Positions 27,735-36,564 of a DNA stretch of 61,731 bases are shown one piece after another; position 1 is the stretch's first letter, and each line of letters starts with the position of its first letter. Both the position numbers and the translations under genes were made by a program. The notes below the pieces were generated by a model. That model made no database searches and was not told the DNA's origin. It worked only from the letters and a program-made list of their open reading frames with translations. This DNA comes from Burkholderiales bacterium (GTDB lineage: Bacteria > Pseudomonadota > Gammaproteobacteria > Burkholderiales > SG8-41), in NCBI GenBank assembly GCA_035456985.1, contig DATICE010000090.1:1-61731 (forward strand), in the 5' to 3' direction.

Positions 27735-28573
27735 ATCTGCGTTTATCCGCCGTTGCATTGCTCCTCTCCGGCAGCGCGCTCGCGGCCGCGCCGGGCACGT
27801 TTCCCGATGTCCCGACACCCTATCTGCCCTCCACCGAGATCGCGGTCGACGAGATGCTGCGGCTCGCGGGCACCGGCCCCGACGACCTGGTGGTCGATCT
27901 CGGCTCCGGCGACGGACGGGTGGTGATCGCTGCTGCGCGCGACTACGGCGCACGCGGACTCGGCATCGAGATCGACCCGAAGCTGGTCGCGGAAAGCGAG
28001 GCCAACGCGCGGCGGGCGGGGGTCGCGGAACGCGTCGCCTTCCGGCAGGGTGACGTCCTCGCTGCGGAGTACCGGAATGCCACCGTAGTTACGCTCTACC
28101 TGCTGCCCGGCTTGGTGGACAAGCTCAAGCCCCGTCTGCTCGCCGAGCTCCGGCCCGGCACCCGCATCGTTGCGCACGATTACGGGTTCACGGACTGGAA
28201 GCCTGATCGCAGCGTCGTAATCTCCAAGACCTACCATCTGTACCTCGTGCCGGCGGCCATCGCGGGAAAATGGCGGCTGCACGCAACGCTGCCAGAGGGC
28301 GAGCGCGAGTTCGCATTCGAGCTCGAGCAGCGCTACCAGGAAATCCGCGGCGGGGCACGCGTCGCCGGGGGCTATCTGCCCGCATTCGAAGCGCGGCTCG
28401 CGGGCGACCGCATCGCCTTCGTGCTGGTGGACGGCGGGACGAGCCACCGCTTCGAGGGTACGGTGCAGGGCACGCTTCTGATGGAAGGCACGGTGCGCTC
28501 GGGCCCCGGGCGCACCCCGGCCGCCGGCTCCTGGCGCGCGACGCGGGTTGTGCGCGGCGGTGACGAGGGATAG
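27731..28573 (+). CDS. Array paralog 5
   Basis: TTG start overlaps the paralog 4 stop (TTGA), with AAGGAAA upstream. The N-terminus is (M)NLRLSAVALLLSGSALAA. The core has VVDLGSGDGRVV. The track start at 26864 is an over-extension. Confidence 0.82.
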   Translation: MNLRLSAVALLLSGSALAAAPGTFPDVPTPYLPSTEIAVDEMLRLAGTGPDDLVVDLGSGDGRVVIAAARDYGARGLGIEIDPKLVAESEANARRAGVAERVAFRQGDVLAAEYRNATVVTLYLLPGLVDKLKPRLLAELRPGTRIVAHDYGFTDWKPDRSVVISKTYHLYLVPAAIAGKWRLHATLPEGEREFAFELEQRYQEIRGGARVAGGYLPAFEARLAGDRIAFVLVDGGTSHRFEGTVQGTLLMEGTVRSGPGRTPAAGSWRATRVVRGGDEG

Positions 28574-28590
28574 CGAACCCGAGTGACGCG

Positions 28591-29436
28591 GTGACGAAGC
28601 TCGTTCAAACAGGCCTCGTTTTTCTTGGCGTCCTGGCAGCTCAGTTCGCTCCTGCGCAGGAGGACGCCCTCCACAAGCGCGAAGTACCGTACGTTGCGAC
28701 GCCCCAGGTCACGGTGGACGAGATGTTGCGGCTCGCGGCGGTCGGACCGGAGGATTTCATCATTGACCTGGGTTCGGGCGACGGGCGGATCGTTGTCACC
28801 GCGGCCAAAAAATTCGGCGCACGCGGCCTGGGCGTGGATATCGACTGGCGCCTCGTCAACCAGGCCGAAGAGAACGCGCGGCAGGCGGGGGTGGCTGACC
28901 GCGCCAGGTTCCTCGAGCAGGACTTGTTCCAGGCCGATCTCGGTCAGGCGACCGTGATCACTGCCTACCTGCTTCCATTCGTCATGCTCAAGCTGCGTCC
29001 CAAGCTGTTAGCCCTCAAACCCGGCACGCGCATCGTGTCGCACGACTTTGATTTCGGCGACTGGCCGCCCGACCGCAAGACCAGCGTCCGGAAGAATGTG
29101 TATCTCTGGATCGTGCCGGCCCAGGCAGCCGGGCGCTGGCTGGCGCGGCTCGAATTGCCGCCGATCGAGCGCCTGTTCGAGCTGGAAATAAAGCAGCGCT
29201 ACCAGGAGGTATCGGCGCACGCGCGCCTGAACGGCGTACCCTCCCCGGTGTGGGAAACGAAGCTCGTGGGAGACCGCCTGAGCTTCGTCGTGGTGGACGC
29301 GACCGACCGTGACGACGAGGCAAGCTTTTATTTCGACGGCCGGGTGAGCAGTGATGTCATCGAGGGCGAACTGGCGCGTGGAGTCGGCGCCGGGCGCAGC
29401 GTGACCCGCTGGCGCGCGGTGAGGGTCGGTCAATGA
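28591..29436 (+). CDS. Array paralog 6
   Basis: GTG start. The N-terminus is MTKLVQTGLVFLGVLAAQFAPA. The core has IIDLGSGDGRIV. The C-terminal domain has WIVPAQAAGRW...EIKQRYQEVS...FDGRVSSDVIEG...WRAVR. Confidence 0.86.
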   Translation: MTKLVQTGLVFLGVLAAQFAPAQEDALHKREVPYVATPQVTVDEMLRLAAVGPEDFIIDLGSGDGRIVVTAAKKFGARGLGVDIDWRLVNQAEENARQAGVADRARFLEQDLFQADLGQATVITAYLLPFVMLKLRPKLLALKPGTRIVSHDFDFGDWPPDRKTSVRKNVYLWIVPAQAAGRWLARLELPPIERLFELEIKQRYQEVSAHARLNGVPSPVWETKLVGDRLSFVVVDATDRDDEASFYFDGRVSSDVIEGELARGVGAGRSVTRWRAVRVGQ

Positions 29437-29440
29437 CGGG

Positions 29441-29581
29441 TTGCCTCGCAAGCCGGCCGGGCGGCCGCTGCGCCTGGAGAGCGGCAGGATGCGTGGCGAC
29501 GAGATTCGTCTTATGCTCACGGCGAAGGTCGAGGGCCGGGCGCTGCGCCAGGAGTTCCACGGGCGCGTGGAATCTGTAACT
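29441..29581 (+). pseudogene. Relic of an eighth paralog (C-terminal-domain fragment only)
   Basis: The translation AGRPLRLESGRMRGDEIRLMLTAKVEGRALRQEFHGRVES aligns without gaps to paralog 3 GGRSAKLQNARLRGDTIRFSFTVEVNGAPVKHEFSGRVAG at about 50 percent identity. It has no methyltransferase domain, and only a TTG codon lies at its 5' end. Confidence 0.65.
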
Positions 29582-29597
29582 TGTATCCGGAAAAGGA

Positions 29598-30530
29598 ATG
29601 GACATGAACAGGGCGGCAGGTTGGATGAGGATTCTTGCGGTTTCGGCCGCGCTGTTCGCGCCGGCGGCCGCGGCGCAGGAGGGACGCGGCGACGTGATCT
29701 ACGTGCCGACGCCCCAGGTGGTGGTCGACGCAATGCTGCGGATGGCGAAAGTCGGCGCCAAGGATTTCCTGATCGACCTCGGCTCCGGCGACGGGCGCAT
29801 CGTCATCACCGCGGCGAAAAAGCACGGCGCGCGCGGCTTCGGAGTGGACCTCGACACCTACCTCCTGAAGATGGCCAATGCCAACGCGAGAAGGGAAGGC
29901 GTGGCCGACCGCGCGCGCTTCATCGAGCAGAATCTGTTCGAGACCGATCTCTCCCAGGCCAGCGTGATCACGAGTTACCTCCTGCCCGGCATGAACGAGC
30001 AGCTGCGCCCGAAGCTCCTCGCGCTGAAGCCCGGCACGCGCCTGGTGGCGCACGATTACGCGATGGGGGAGTGGGACCCGGATGATTCGGAAACGCTGAT
30101 CGTGCCGGAGAAGACGGTGGGTGATCCCGGCAAGAGCTACATTTTCTTCTGGATCGTGCCGGCCCGCGTCGCCGGCCGCTGGGAGTCGCAGATCATGGCC
30201 GCCGGCAAGCCCGAGTCGTGGCAGTTCAACTTCCAGCAGAATTTCCAGCTGGTGCATGGCACTGCGCTGGCAGGCAAGCGGGAGGTGAAGGTGCCGCAGT
30301 TCCGGATGGCGGGCGAGCAGCTCGCGTTCAAGGTCGAAGTCCCGGGGGCCGGCAAGCCCGTCACCTACCAGTTCCGGGGCTGGGCGAAAGGCGATGTGAT
30401 CGAGGGCAATGTGGTCGCGGGCGGGGACTCCGGCCAGCGGGTGATGCCGTGGCGGGCGACGCTGAGAGCGCGGGGCGAGCCCTACATGGGCGCAGCCGGC
30501 GCCATCGCCGTCGCAGGCGCCAACCGATGA
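29598..30530 (+). CDS. Array paralog 7
   Basis: The N-terminus is MDMNRAAGWMRILAVSAALFAPAAAA. The core has LIDLGSGDGRIV. The C-terminal domain has FWIVPARVAGRWES...NFQQNFQLVHG...FRGWAKGDVIEG...WRATLR. The start could also be 29604 or 29625. Confidence 0.86.
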   Translation: MDMNRAAGWMRILAVSAALFAPAAAAQEGRGDVIYVPTPQVVVDAMLRMAKVGAKDFLIDLGSGDGRIVITAAKKHGARGFGVDLDTYLLKMANANARREGVADRARFIEQNLFETDLSQASVITSYLLPGMNEQLRPKLLALKPGTRLVAHDYAMGEWDPDDSETLIVPEKTVGDPGKSYIFFWIVPARVAGRWESQIMAAGKPESWQFNFQQNFQLVHGTALAGKREVKVPQFRMAGEQLAFKVEVPGAGKPVTYQFRGWAKGDVIEGNVVAGGDSGQRVMPWRATLRARGEPYMGAAGAIAVAGANR

Positions 30531-31894
30531 GCGCCCCCGCTCAGCAGCAGAGTGCGGGAGGCCACCCGCGCCCGACGCTCACGGTGTTCGACGCGGTGGC
30601 GATGATCGTCGGCATCGTGATCGGTGTCGGCATCTTCAAGGCGCCGTCGATCGTGGCCGGCAACGTCTCCGGCGAAGGTGCATTTATTGCGCTGTGGGTT
30701 GCCGGTGGCGTGGTCTCGCTCATAGGCGCGCTGTGCTATGCCGAGCTCGGCAGCTCGCACCCGAACGCCGGGGGCGAGTACTACTTCCTCAGCAAGGCCT
30801 ACGGCAACTGGCTGGGATTTCTGTTTGCGTGGGCGCGCATGACGGTGATCCAGACCGGCGCGATCGCCGCGATCGCATTCGTGTTCGGCGATTACGCGAC
30901 CGCATTGCTGCCGCTGGGCGCGAAGAGCGCCGCAATCTATGCCGGGATCGCGGTGGTCGCAATCACGGCCCTCAACGTATCCGGTACCCACGAGAGCAAA
31001 TGGGTGCAGAACGTTCTGACCACGGCGCTCGCGCTCGCCGTTCTCGCCGTCGTGGTGAGCGGCCTCACCGCGCCCGGCACGCCGGCCACGGTGGCGCCGG
31101 CGGCCACCGACGCCAAGCCGTGGTTCTCGGGGCTTGCCCTGATCTTCGTGCTGCTCACTTACGGCGGCTGGAACGAGGCCGCCTATCTCACGGCCGAGAT
31201 GCGCGACACGCGTCGCAATATCGTGCGCGCGCTGGTGATTGGCATCGTCGTGATTACCCTGCTCTATGTGCTGCTCAATCTGGCCTACCTCAGGGTGCTG
31301 GGGCTCGGCGGCATGCAGGCCTCCAGGACGATCGCGTCCGATCTCATGCGCGCGACCTGGGGCGAGGGCGGGGCGTGGCTGCTCGGAATCGTGGTCGTGT
31401 GCGCTGCGCTCTCGACGCTTAACGCAACAGTATTCACGGGGGCGCGCACCAATTACGCGCTCGGCCGGGACTACGTGATCTTCCGCGGTCTCGGCCGCTG
31501 GGACGACAAGTCCTCCGCCCCGGTTAACGCGCTGCTCACACAGGGCGCGATCTCGCTCGCGCTGGTCGGGCTCGCGTCCTTCACTCCCGACGGCTTCCAG
31601 ACCATGGTCGCCTATACCGCGCCGGCGTTCTGGCTGTTCTTCCTGCTGACCGGCGTGTCGCTCTTTCCGCTGCGGCGGCACGCGCCGGCCAACGCGGACC
31701 CGTTCCGCGTGCCGCTCTATCCGCTGACGCCGCTCTTGTTCGCCGCGGCGTGCGCCTATATGCTGTATTCGAGCTTCAACTACGCGATGAGCCTCGACCC
31801 GGGCTCGATCGGCGCGATGGTAGGCATCGCGATGCTCGCTTCCGGCGTGCCGGTGCTGATGTGGGCGCGCCGGCGCGCCGCGGAGAGCCGCTGA
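30527..31894 (+). CDS. APC-superfamily amino acid/polyamine permease
   Basis: ATG overlaps the paralog 7 stop (ATGA). 455 aa with about 12 TM segments. Typical motifs are GVGIFKAP and YAELGSSHPNAGGEYYF. The track start at 30218 is an over-extension. Confidence 0.9.
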   Translation: MSAPAQQQSAGGHPRPTLTVFDAVAMIVGIVIGVGIFKAPSIVAGNVSGEGAFIALWVAGGVVSLIGALCYAELGSSHPNAGGEYYFLSKAYGNWLGFLFAWARMTVIQTGAIAAIAFVFGDYATALLPLGAKSAAIYAGIAVVAITALNVSGTHESKWVQNVLTTALALAVLAVVVSGLTAPGTPATVAPAATDAKPWFSGLALIFVLLTYGGWNEAAYLTAEMRDTRRNIVRALVIGIVVITLLYVLLNLAYLRVLGLGGMQASRTIASDLMRATWGEGGAWLLGIVVVCAALSTLNATVFTGARTNYALGRDYVIFRGLGRWDDKSSAPVNALLTQGAISLALVGLASFTPDGFQTMVAYTAPAFWLFFLLTGVSLFPLRRHAPANADPFRVPLYPLTPLLFAAACAYMLYSSFNYAMSLDPGSIGAMVGIAMLASGVPVLMWARRRAAESR

Positions 31895-31908
31895 GCGGCG
31901 GCCGTTCT

Positions 31909-33003
31909 TTACCGGTTACCCTGCAACACCTTTACCTGGGCGGGGTTGATCCCGACCTTGACGTGCACGCCCGGCGCGAAGCCGGCCTCGCCTATGTAGT
32001 GGGGTTGATCCACGATCAGGCTCCCGGTACCCACTTTCACGTTATAGCGCACGAATTCCCCGAGGAATTCGCGCTCGGTCACCGTGCCCTCGAGCCAGCT
32101 CCGGCCGCGATCGGGCGGGGTGCCGGGCGCGGTGAGTTGCATGGCGTGAGGCCGGATTGCGATTTCCGCCGGTCCGCTCGATGCAGCCGCGTTGGCGAGC
32201 ACAATCGCACCGAGTGTTTCACTGCGAAACACTACGCCGGCGTCGGATGTCTCGAGCGCGCCCTGCAGGAAGTTGATGGTGCCGACGAAGGTGGCGATGA
32301 AGCGGTTCGCCGGGGTGTCGTAGAGCTCGACCGGCGTGCCGACCTGCTGGATGACGCCTTGATCGAGCACCGCCACGCGGTCGGAGATCGAGAGCGCCTC
32401 CTCCTGGTCGTGGGTCACGAAAATCGTGGTGATACCGAGCTTGCGCTGCAGCGCGAGCAGCTCTCCGCGCATGTGGATGCGAAGCTTCGCATCGAGGTTC
32501 GAAAGCGGCTCATCGAGCAGCAGCACTTTGGGCTCGATGGCGATGGTGCGGGCGAGCGCGACGCGCTGCTGCTGCCCGCCCGAAAGCTGCCCCGGCCGGC
32601 GCGCGCCGAGCTCGCCGAGCCCGACGAGCTCGAGCGCCGCGGCGGTCCGGCGCTCGATCTCCGCGCGCGGGAGCCTGCGTTCCTCCAGCCCGAATGCCAC
32701 GTTTTGCCGCACCGTCATGTGCGGCCACAGCGCGTAATTCTGGAACACCATCCCGATGTCGCGCTCCCACGGCGGCACGCGGGTGATGTCCTCGCCGCCG
32801 ACGCGTATCGCGCCCGCCTGCGGACGGAGAAATCCCGCAAGAAGACGCAGCAGCGTCGACTTCCCGGATCCCGAGGGGCCGAGGAGGGCGAAGAACTCGC
32901 CCGGCTCGATTGCGATACTGACGTCGGTCAGCACCCGCGTCTTGCCGTACGCGAGAGAGACTTTCTCGAACTCGACCCTGACCTTCTTGAACGCTTCAGC
33001 CAT
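31909..33003 (-). CDS. ABC importer ATP-binding protein (PotA/FbpC type)
   Basis: Walker A GPSGSGKST, signature LSGGQQQRVALAR, Walker B LLLDEPLS, and a C-terminal regulatory/TOBE-like domain. Confidence 0.93.
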   Translation of the reverse strand: MAEAFKKVRVEFEKVSLAYGKTRVLTDVSIAIEPGEFFALLGPSGSGKSTLLRLLAGFLRPQAGAIRVGGEDITRVPPWERDIGMVFQNYALWPHMTVRQNVAFGLEERRLPRAEIERRTAAALELVGLGELGARRPGQLSGGQQQRVALARTIAIEPKVLLLDEPLSNLDAKLRIHMRGELLALQRKLGITTIFVTHDQEEALSISDRVAVLDQGVIQQVGTPVELYDTPANRFIATFVGTINFLQGALETSDAGVVFRSETLGAIVLANAAASSGPAEIAIRPHAMQLTAPGTPPDRGRSWLEGTVTEREFLGEFVRYNVKVGTGSLIVDQPHYIGEAGFAPGVHVKVGINPAQVKVLQGNR

Positions 33004-33020
33004 CAGGCGGTCCGCCCTTC

Positions 33021-33062
33021 ATCCTTCATCCTTCATCCTTCATCCTTCATCCTTCATCCTTC
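33021..33062 (-). repeat. Perfect heptanucleotide tandem repeat (GAAGGAT)x6 in the permease-ATPase spacer
   Basis: The plus strand reads atccttc x6. On the coding strand each unit carries an AGGA plus an ATG. The repeat lies between the permease stop (33068) and the ATPase ATG (33003). Confidence 0.95.
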
Positions 33063-33067
33063 AACCG

Positions 33068-34804
33068 TCAGGCCATGCGCTGGATGTCGCCGGCGGTATT
33101 CGCCCGGCGGCCGACCAGCCGGTGCGAAAGATAGGTGCCCACCGCGACAATCACCACGGCGAGGATGCCGAGCGCCGCCCCCGGGCCGCGGCCCGCTGCC
33201 GATTGCAGGTAGAGATAGATGCCGTAGGACATCGGCGCATCGTTCTGGGAGGAAACCAGCATGAGCGTCATCGAGAGCTCGACCGCGGCAGTCATGAAGC
33301 TGATGATGAAGCCCGCCAGCATGCCGCCCGCCATCAGCGGCACCACCACGCGCAGGATCGTGCGGCGCTTGGGCGCACCGAGATTCTCGGCGGCCTCCTC
33401 GAGCGACACGTGCAGCTGCTGCAGCGCGGCGACGCACGAGCGCAGCGCGTAGGGCAGGCGCCGGATCGTGTAACCGAGAGCGATCAGTATCCAGGACGCC
33501 GTGAGAAGTTCGCCGGTGAATGGGATCTCGATGCCCCGAAAGGTGCGCAGGTACCCGATCCCGAGGACGACACCGGGAATGGCGAGCGCGATCGTCACCG
33601 TGAAGTCGAGCGCATTGCGGCCGGGCACTTTGGTGCGCAGCATCAGGTAGGCGATTGCCGTGGCGATCACGACGTCGAGGGCGGCGGCGATCCCGCAATA
33701 GAGCATGGTGTTTCCGATCATCCGCGGGGAATCGCGGAATACCGTCGCGTAGTGCTCGAGCGTGTAGGCGTCGGGCAGCACGCTGAAGCTCCAGACCTTG
33801 GCGAGCGAGAGCAGCAGGATGCCGAGGTGCGGGGCCAGCACGACGGTAAGCACGAGCGCGATCCAGCCGTACGCAATGACTGTCTGGCCGGCGGTAAGCC
33901 TGCGCTTGGCGAGCCCCGCATAGCCGCGCTGCAGGGTGGCGTAGTCCTTGCCGCGCATGGTCCACATCGCGAGCCACAGGGCGAGGAGCGAGGCGATCAC
34001 CATGATGACGCTTGCCACGTAGCCGATCGGGTCCTCGATGCCGATCGAGGTGATGCGGAGGTAGGCCTGCGGCGCGAGAAGATTGGTCTGGTGCAGCACG
34101 AGCGGCGTGCCGAGGTCGTCGAAGACCTTGATGAATACCAGCGCCGCGCCCGCGACGTAGCCGGGCATCGCGAGAGGGAACACGATGCGGCGGAACAGCC
34201 GCAGGCCGCTCGCCCCGAGGTTCTGGGCGGACTCCTCCATAGAGCTGTCGATGTTGTTGAGCGCGACGACCAGGTTCATCAATATGAACGGGAAGTAGTG
34301 CAGCGCCTCGACGAAGACCACTCCGTTCAGTCCTTCCATGAACGGGATCTTGAATCCGAACCACTCGTCCAGCAGCAGATTGACCGAGCCGCTGCGCCCG
34401 AAGATGAGCTGCATCGCCACCGCACCGACGAACGGCGGCATGATGAGCGGCAGGATGCCGAGCGTCTGGATGAGAAGCGCGCCGCGGAACTCGAAGCGGA
34501 CCGTGAAGTAGGCGAGCGGCACGGCGATGAGGGTCGCGATCGCGACGCTCCACACGCCGACGTATATGCTGTTCCAGAACGACTCGCGCATCAGCGACAG
34601 GCTGAAGAACGAGCCGAAATGGGAGAGCGTGACGCCGCCCGCGCCGTCCGCGAAGGCGACGTAGACGACGGTTACGACCGGGACGATCAGGAAGACGAGC
34701 AGGAACGCCGCGATCAGCACCGCGACCGCGGCCTGCGACCACGTGTAATCAGCTCGGGCCCGGACGCCGGCGGCGAGCCACGATCGGAGGGCGAGCGATT
34801 TCAC
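33068..34804 (-). CDS. ABC importer permease, duplicated two-domain type (FbpB/iron(III)- or polyamine-type)
   Basis: 578 aa with two repeated six-helix halves, each with an EAA-like loop (e.g. SMEESAQNLGASGLRLFRRIVFP and SLEEAAENLGAPKRRTILRVVVP). Confidence 0.9.
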   Translation of the reverse strand: MKSLALRSWLAAGVRARADYTWSQAAVAVLIAAFLLVFLIVPVVTVVYVAFADGAGGVTLSHFGSFFSLSLMRESFWNSIYVGVWSVAIATLIAVPLAYFTVRFEFRGALLIQTLGILPLIMPPFVGAVAMQLIFGRSGSVNLLLDEWFGFKIPFMEGLNGVVFVEALHYFPFILMNLVVALNNIDSSMEESAQNLGASGLRLFRRIVFPLAMPGYVAGAALVFIKVFDDLGTPLVLHQTNLLAPQAYLRITSIGIEDPIGYVASVIMVIASLLALWLAMWTMRGKDYATLQRGYAGLAKRRLTAGQTVIAYGWIALVLTVVLAPHLGILLLSLAKVWSFSVLPDAYTLEHYATVFRDSPRMIGNTMLYCGIAAALDVVIATAIAYLMLRTKVPGRNALDFTVTIALAIPGVVLGIGYLRTFRGIEIPFTGELLTASWILIALGYTIRRLPYALRSCVAALQQLHVSLEEAAENLGAPKRRTILRVVVPLMAGGMLAGFIISFMTAAVELSMTLMLVSSQNDAPMSYGIYLYLQSAAGRGPGAALGILAVVIVAVGTYLSHRLVGRRANTAGDIQRMA

Positions 34805-34849
34805 CGCTGGCTGCGGGGAGCGCGTCGGGACCCGTCGGGAGAACGCGCG

Positions 34850-36172
34850 CTACTTCACCATTGCGGCGGCCTGGTTCGCGAGTTCGGCAGCCTTAATGTA
34901 GTTCTTGCGCGCGGTCGAGCTCCAGTACTCCTCTAGACCGGTCAACTCCTTCGTCTTAAGCGCATCGCGCTTGGTCTGGCTGAAGAGGGTGAGAAACTCC
35001 TTGTCCTTCGATTTCTGCTCGCTCACGATCGGCGAGAAGGCGAGCTCGCGCGCCTCCGCGAGCAGCTTCGCGGCCTGCGCGTTTTTCCTGCCGGCGAGCC
35101 GGGCGGCCGCCTCGTTGATCGCCTTGGTTGCGGCCACGAGTTCCCGGTGACGGAACGTGATGGTCTGGTCGAACAGCGAGTTCACCACGTAGTAGCGCGA
35201 TCGCGAGAGATCGGAGTTGAACTTGACCTTGGGCTTGATCTTGCCGCTGAACGGATCGGGATAGCCCGCCGGCGCGCTCTTGTAGGTTGCCGGCAGCACC
35301 GGCAACCGGCTGATCTTGGGGTCGAGCAGGAGCTTCTGGCCGGCTTCCGACAAGGCGAAGGCGATGAATTTCTTCCCGAGCTCGGCGTTTTTCGCGTTCG
35401 CGATGAGCCCGATGTTCGCCGGAACGATCGCCGTCACCGACGGGTAGACGAATTCCACGGGGAAGCCGGACGCTTTCGCCGACAGCCCGAAGAAATCAAT
35501 CACCAGCCCGATGCCGAACTGCCCGTTGTTGACACCATCGGGCACGCTGAAGCTGCGTTCGGTGATGGCAGCGGTATTGCCGCCGATCATGAGTACCTGT
35601 TGCCAGCCCTTGCTCCAGCCTTCACCCTGAAGGATGGTCTCGATCGTGAGGTGCGTGGTGCCGGATCGCGATGGCGAGGAGATCGCCACATGGCTATGAT
35701 AGACGGGCTTCACGAGATCCGCCCATTCCTTAGGCGCGGGCAGCCGGTTGGCTTTCAGGTAGCGGGTATTCCACATGAGGCCGTAGCCGGCAAGCGCCTG
35801 CCCGTAGTAGAACCCCTCCGGGTCGTTGATCGGGTAGCTGCCGATCAAGGCCGGCACCGCGGGGTTCTTGCCGTCGAACTTCTGGAGCAGGTTCTCGCTC
35901 GCCAGCACTTCGAAGGCGTCGGGCGCGGACGCCCAGAAGATGTCCGGCTTGCTGGCGGCGGGCGCCTCGCGCACGTAGGCAATCGAGGCGGATGTCCCGC
36001 GGCTCAGGATCTCCACCTTTACGCCGGGGTTCCTGGTCTCGAAAGCGCGCTTATAGACTTCGGTCAAGTCCTTGGGGAAGGATGTGACGATGGTGAGCTG
36101 CTGCTGGGCCTGCGCCGCGGTGCAACACAAGGCGATGACGGCTGTCGTCAGGCAACGGGTGATGAAGCGCAT
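34850..36172 (-). CDS. ABC transporter periplasmic substrate-binding protein (family 1, iron(III)/polyamine-like)
   Basis: The signal peptide is MRFITRCLTTAVIALCCTAAQA. 440 aa. It is the first gene of the SBP-permease-ATPase operon. Confidence 0.88.
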   Translation of the reverse strand: MRFITRCLTTAVIALCCTAAQAQQQLTIVTSFPKDLTEVYKRAFETRNPGVKVEILSRGTSASIAYVREAPAASKPDIFWASAPDAFEVLASENLLQKFDGKNPAVPALIGSYPINDPEGFYYGQALAGYGLMWNTRYLKANRLPAPKEWADLVKPVYHSHVAISSPSRSGTTHLTIETILQGEGWSKGWQQVLMIGGNTAAITERSFSVPDGVNNGQFGIGLVIDFFGLSAKASGFPVEFVYPSVTAIVPANIGLIANAKNAELGKKFIAFALSEAGQKLLLDPKISRLPVLPATYKSAPAGYPDPFSGKIKPKVKFNSDLSRSRYYVVNSLFDQTITFRHRELVAATKAINEAAARLAGRKNAQAAKLLAEARELAFSPIVSEQKSKDKEFLTLFSQTKRDALKTKELTGLEEYWSSTARKNYIKAAELANQAAAMVK

Positions 36173-36247
36173 GGGATTCCCTCCTTGTTTTATCGATATG
36201 GCTCCGATATTACCAGTGACAACTCCGAAGCGGACGCCAGGCCATTG

Positions 36248-36514
36248 TCAGCGCCTGCACTTGAAGATGACTTCATAGGCTTTTTCGGCCACGGCGTCGT
36301 CCATCAGGCAGGCAACCGCCTCCACGAGGTCCTTCGGCGCTTCCTCGATGATCAGGTCCGTGACCCAGGCGTGGACAAGACCCTTGCGCTTCTCATCGGG
36401 CATCGCCAGCAGGCGCTCCAGCGTTGCGCTGATCTTCACGTCGTTGCAGGCGGCCGCCAGCAGGTTCACGAAACCCTCGATTTCGGCGACGGTGCGGGGT
36501 GGCGTTCGAGCCAT
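36248..36514 (-). CDS. Small hypothetical protein
   Basis: Trimmed to MARTPPRTVAEIEGFVNLL... (88 aa). The upstream part of the 147-aa track ORF overlaps the next gene. Confidence 0.5.
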   Translation of the reverse strand: MARTPPRTVAEIEGFVNLLAAACNDVKISATLERLLAMPDEKRKGLVHAWVTDLIIEEAPKDLVEAVACLMDDAVAEKAYEVIFKCRR

Positions 36515-36564
36515 AAACGCTCCTTTTCCGGCAACGTTCCGGGGTTGCGGGGGCCTCCTGGGGG

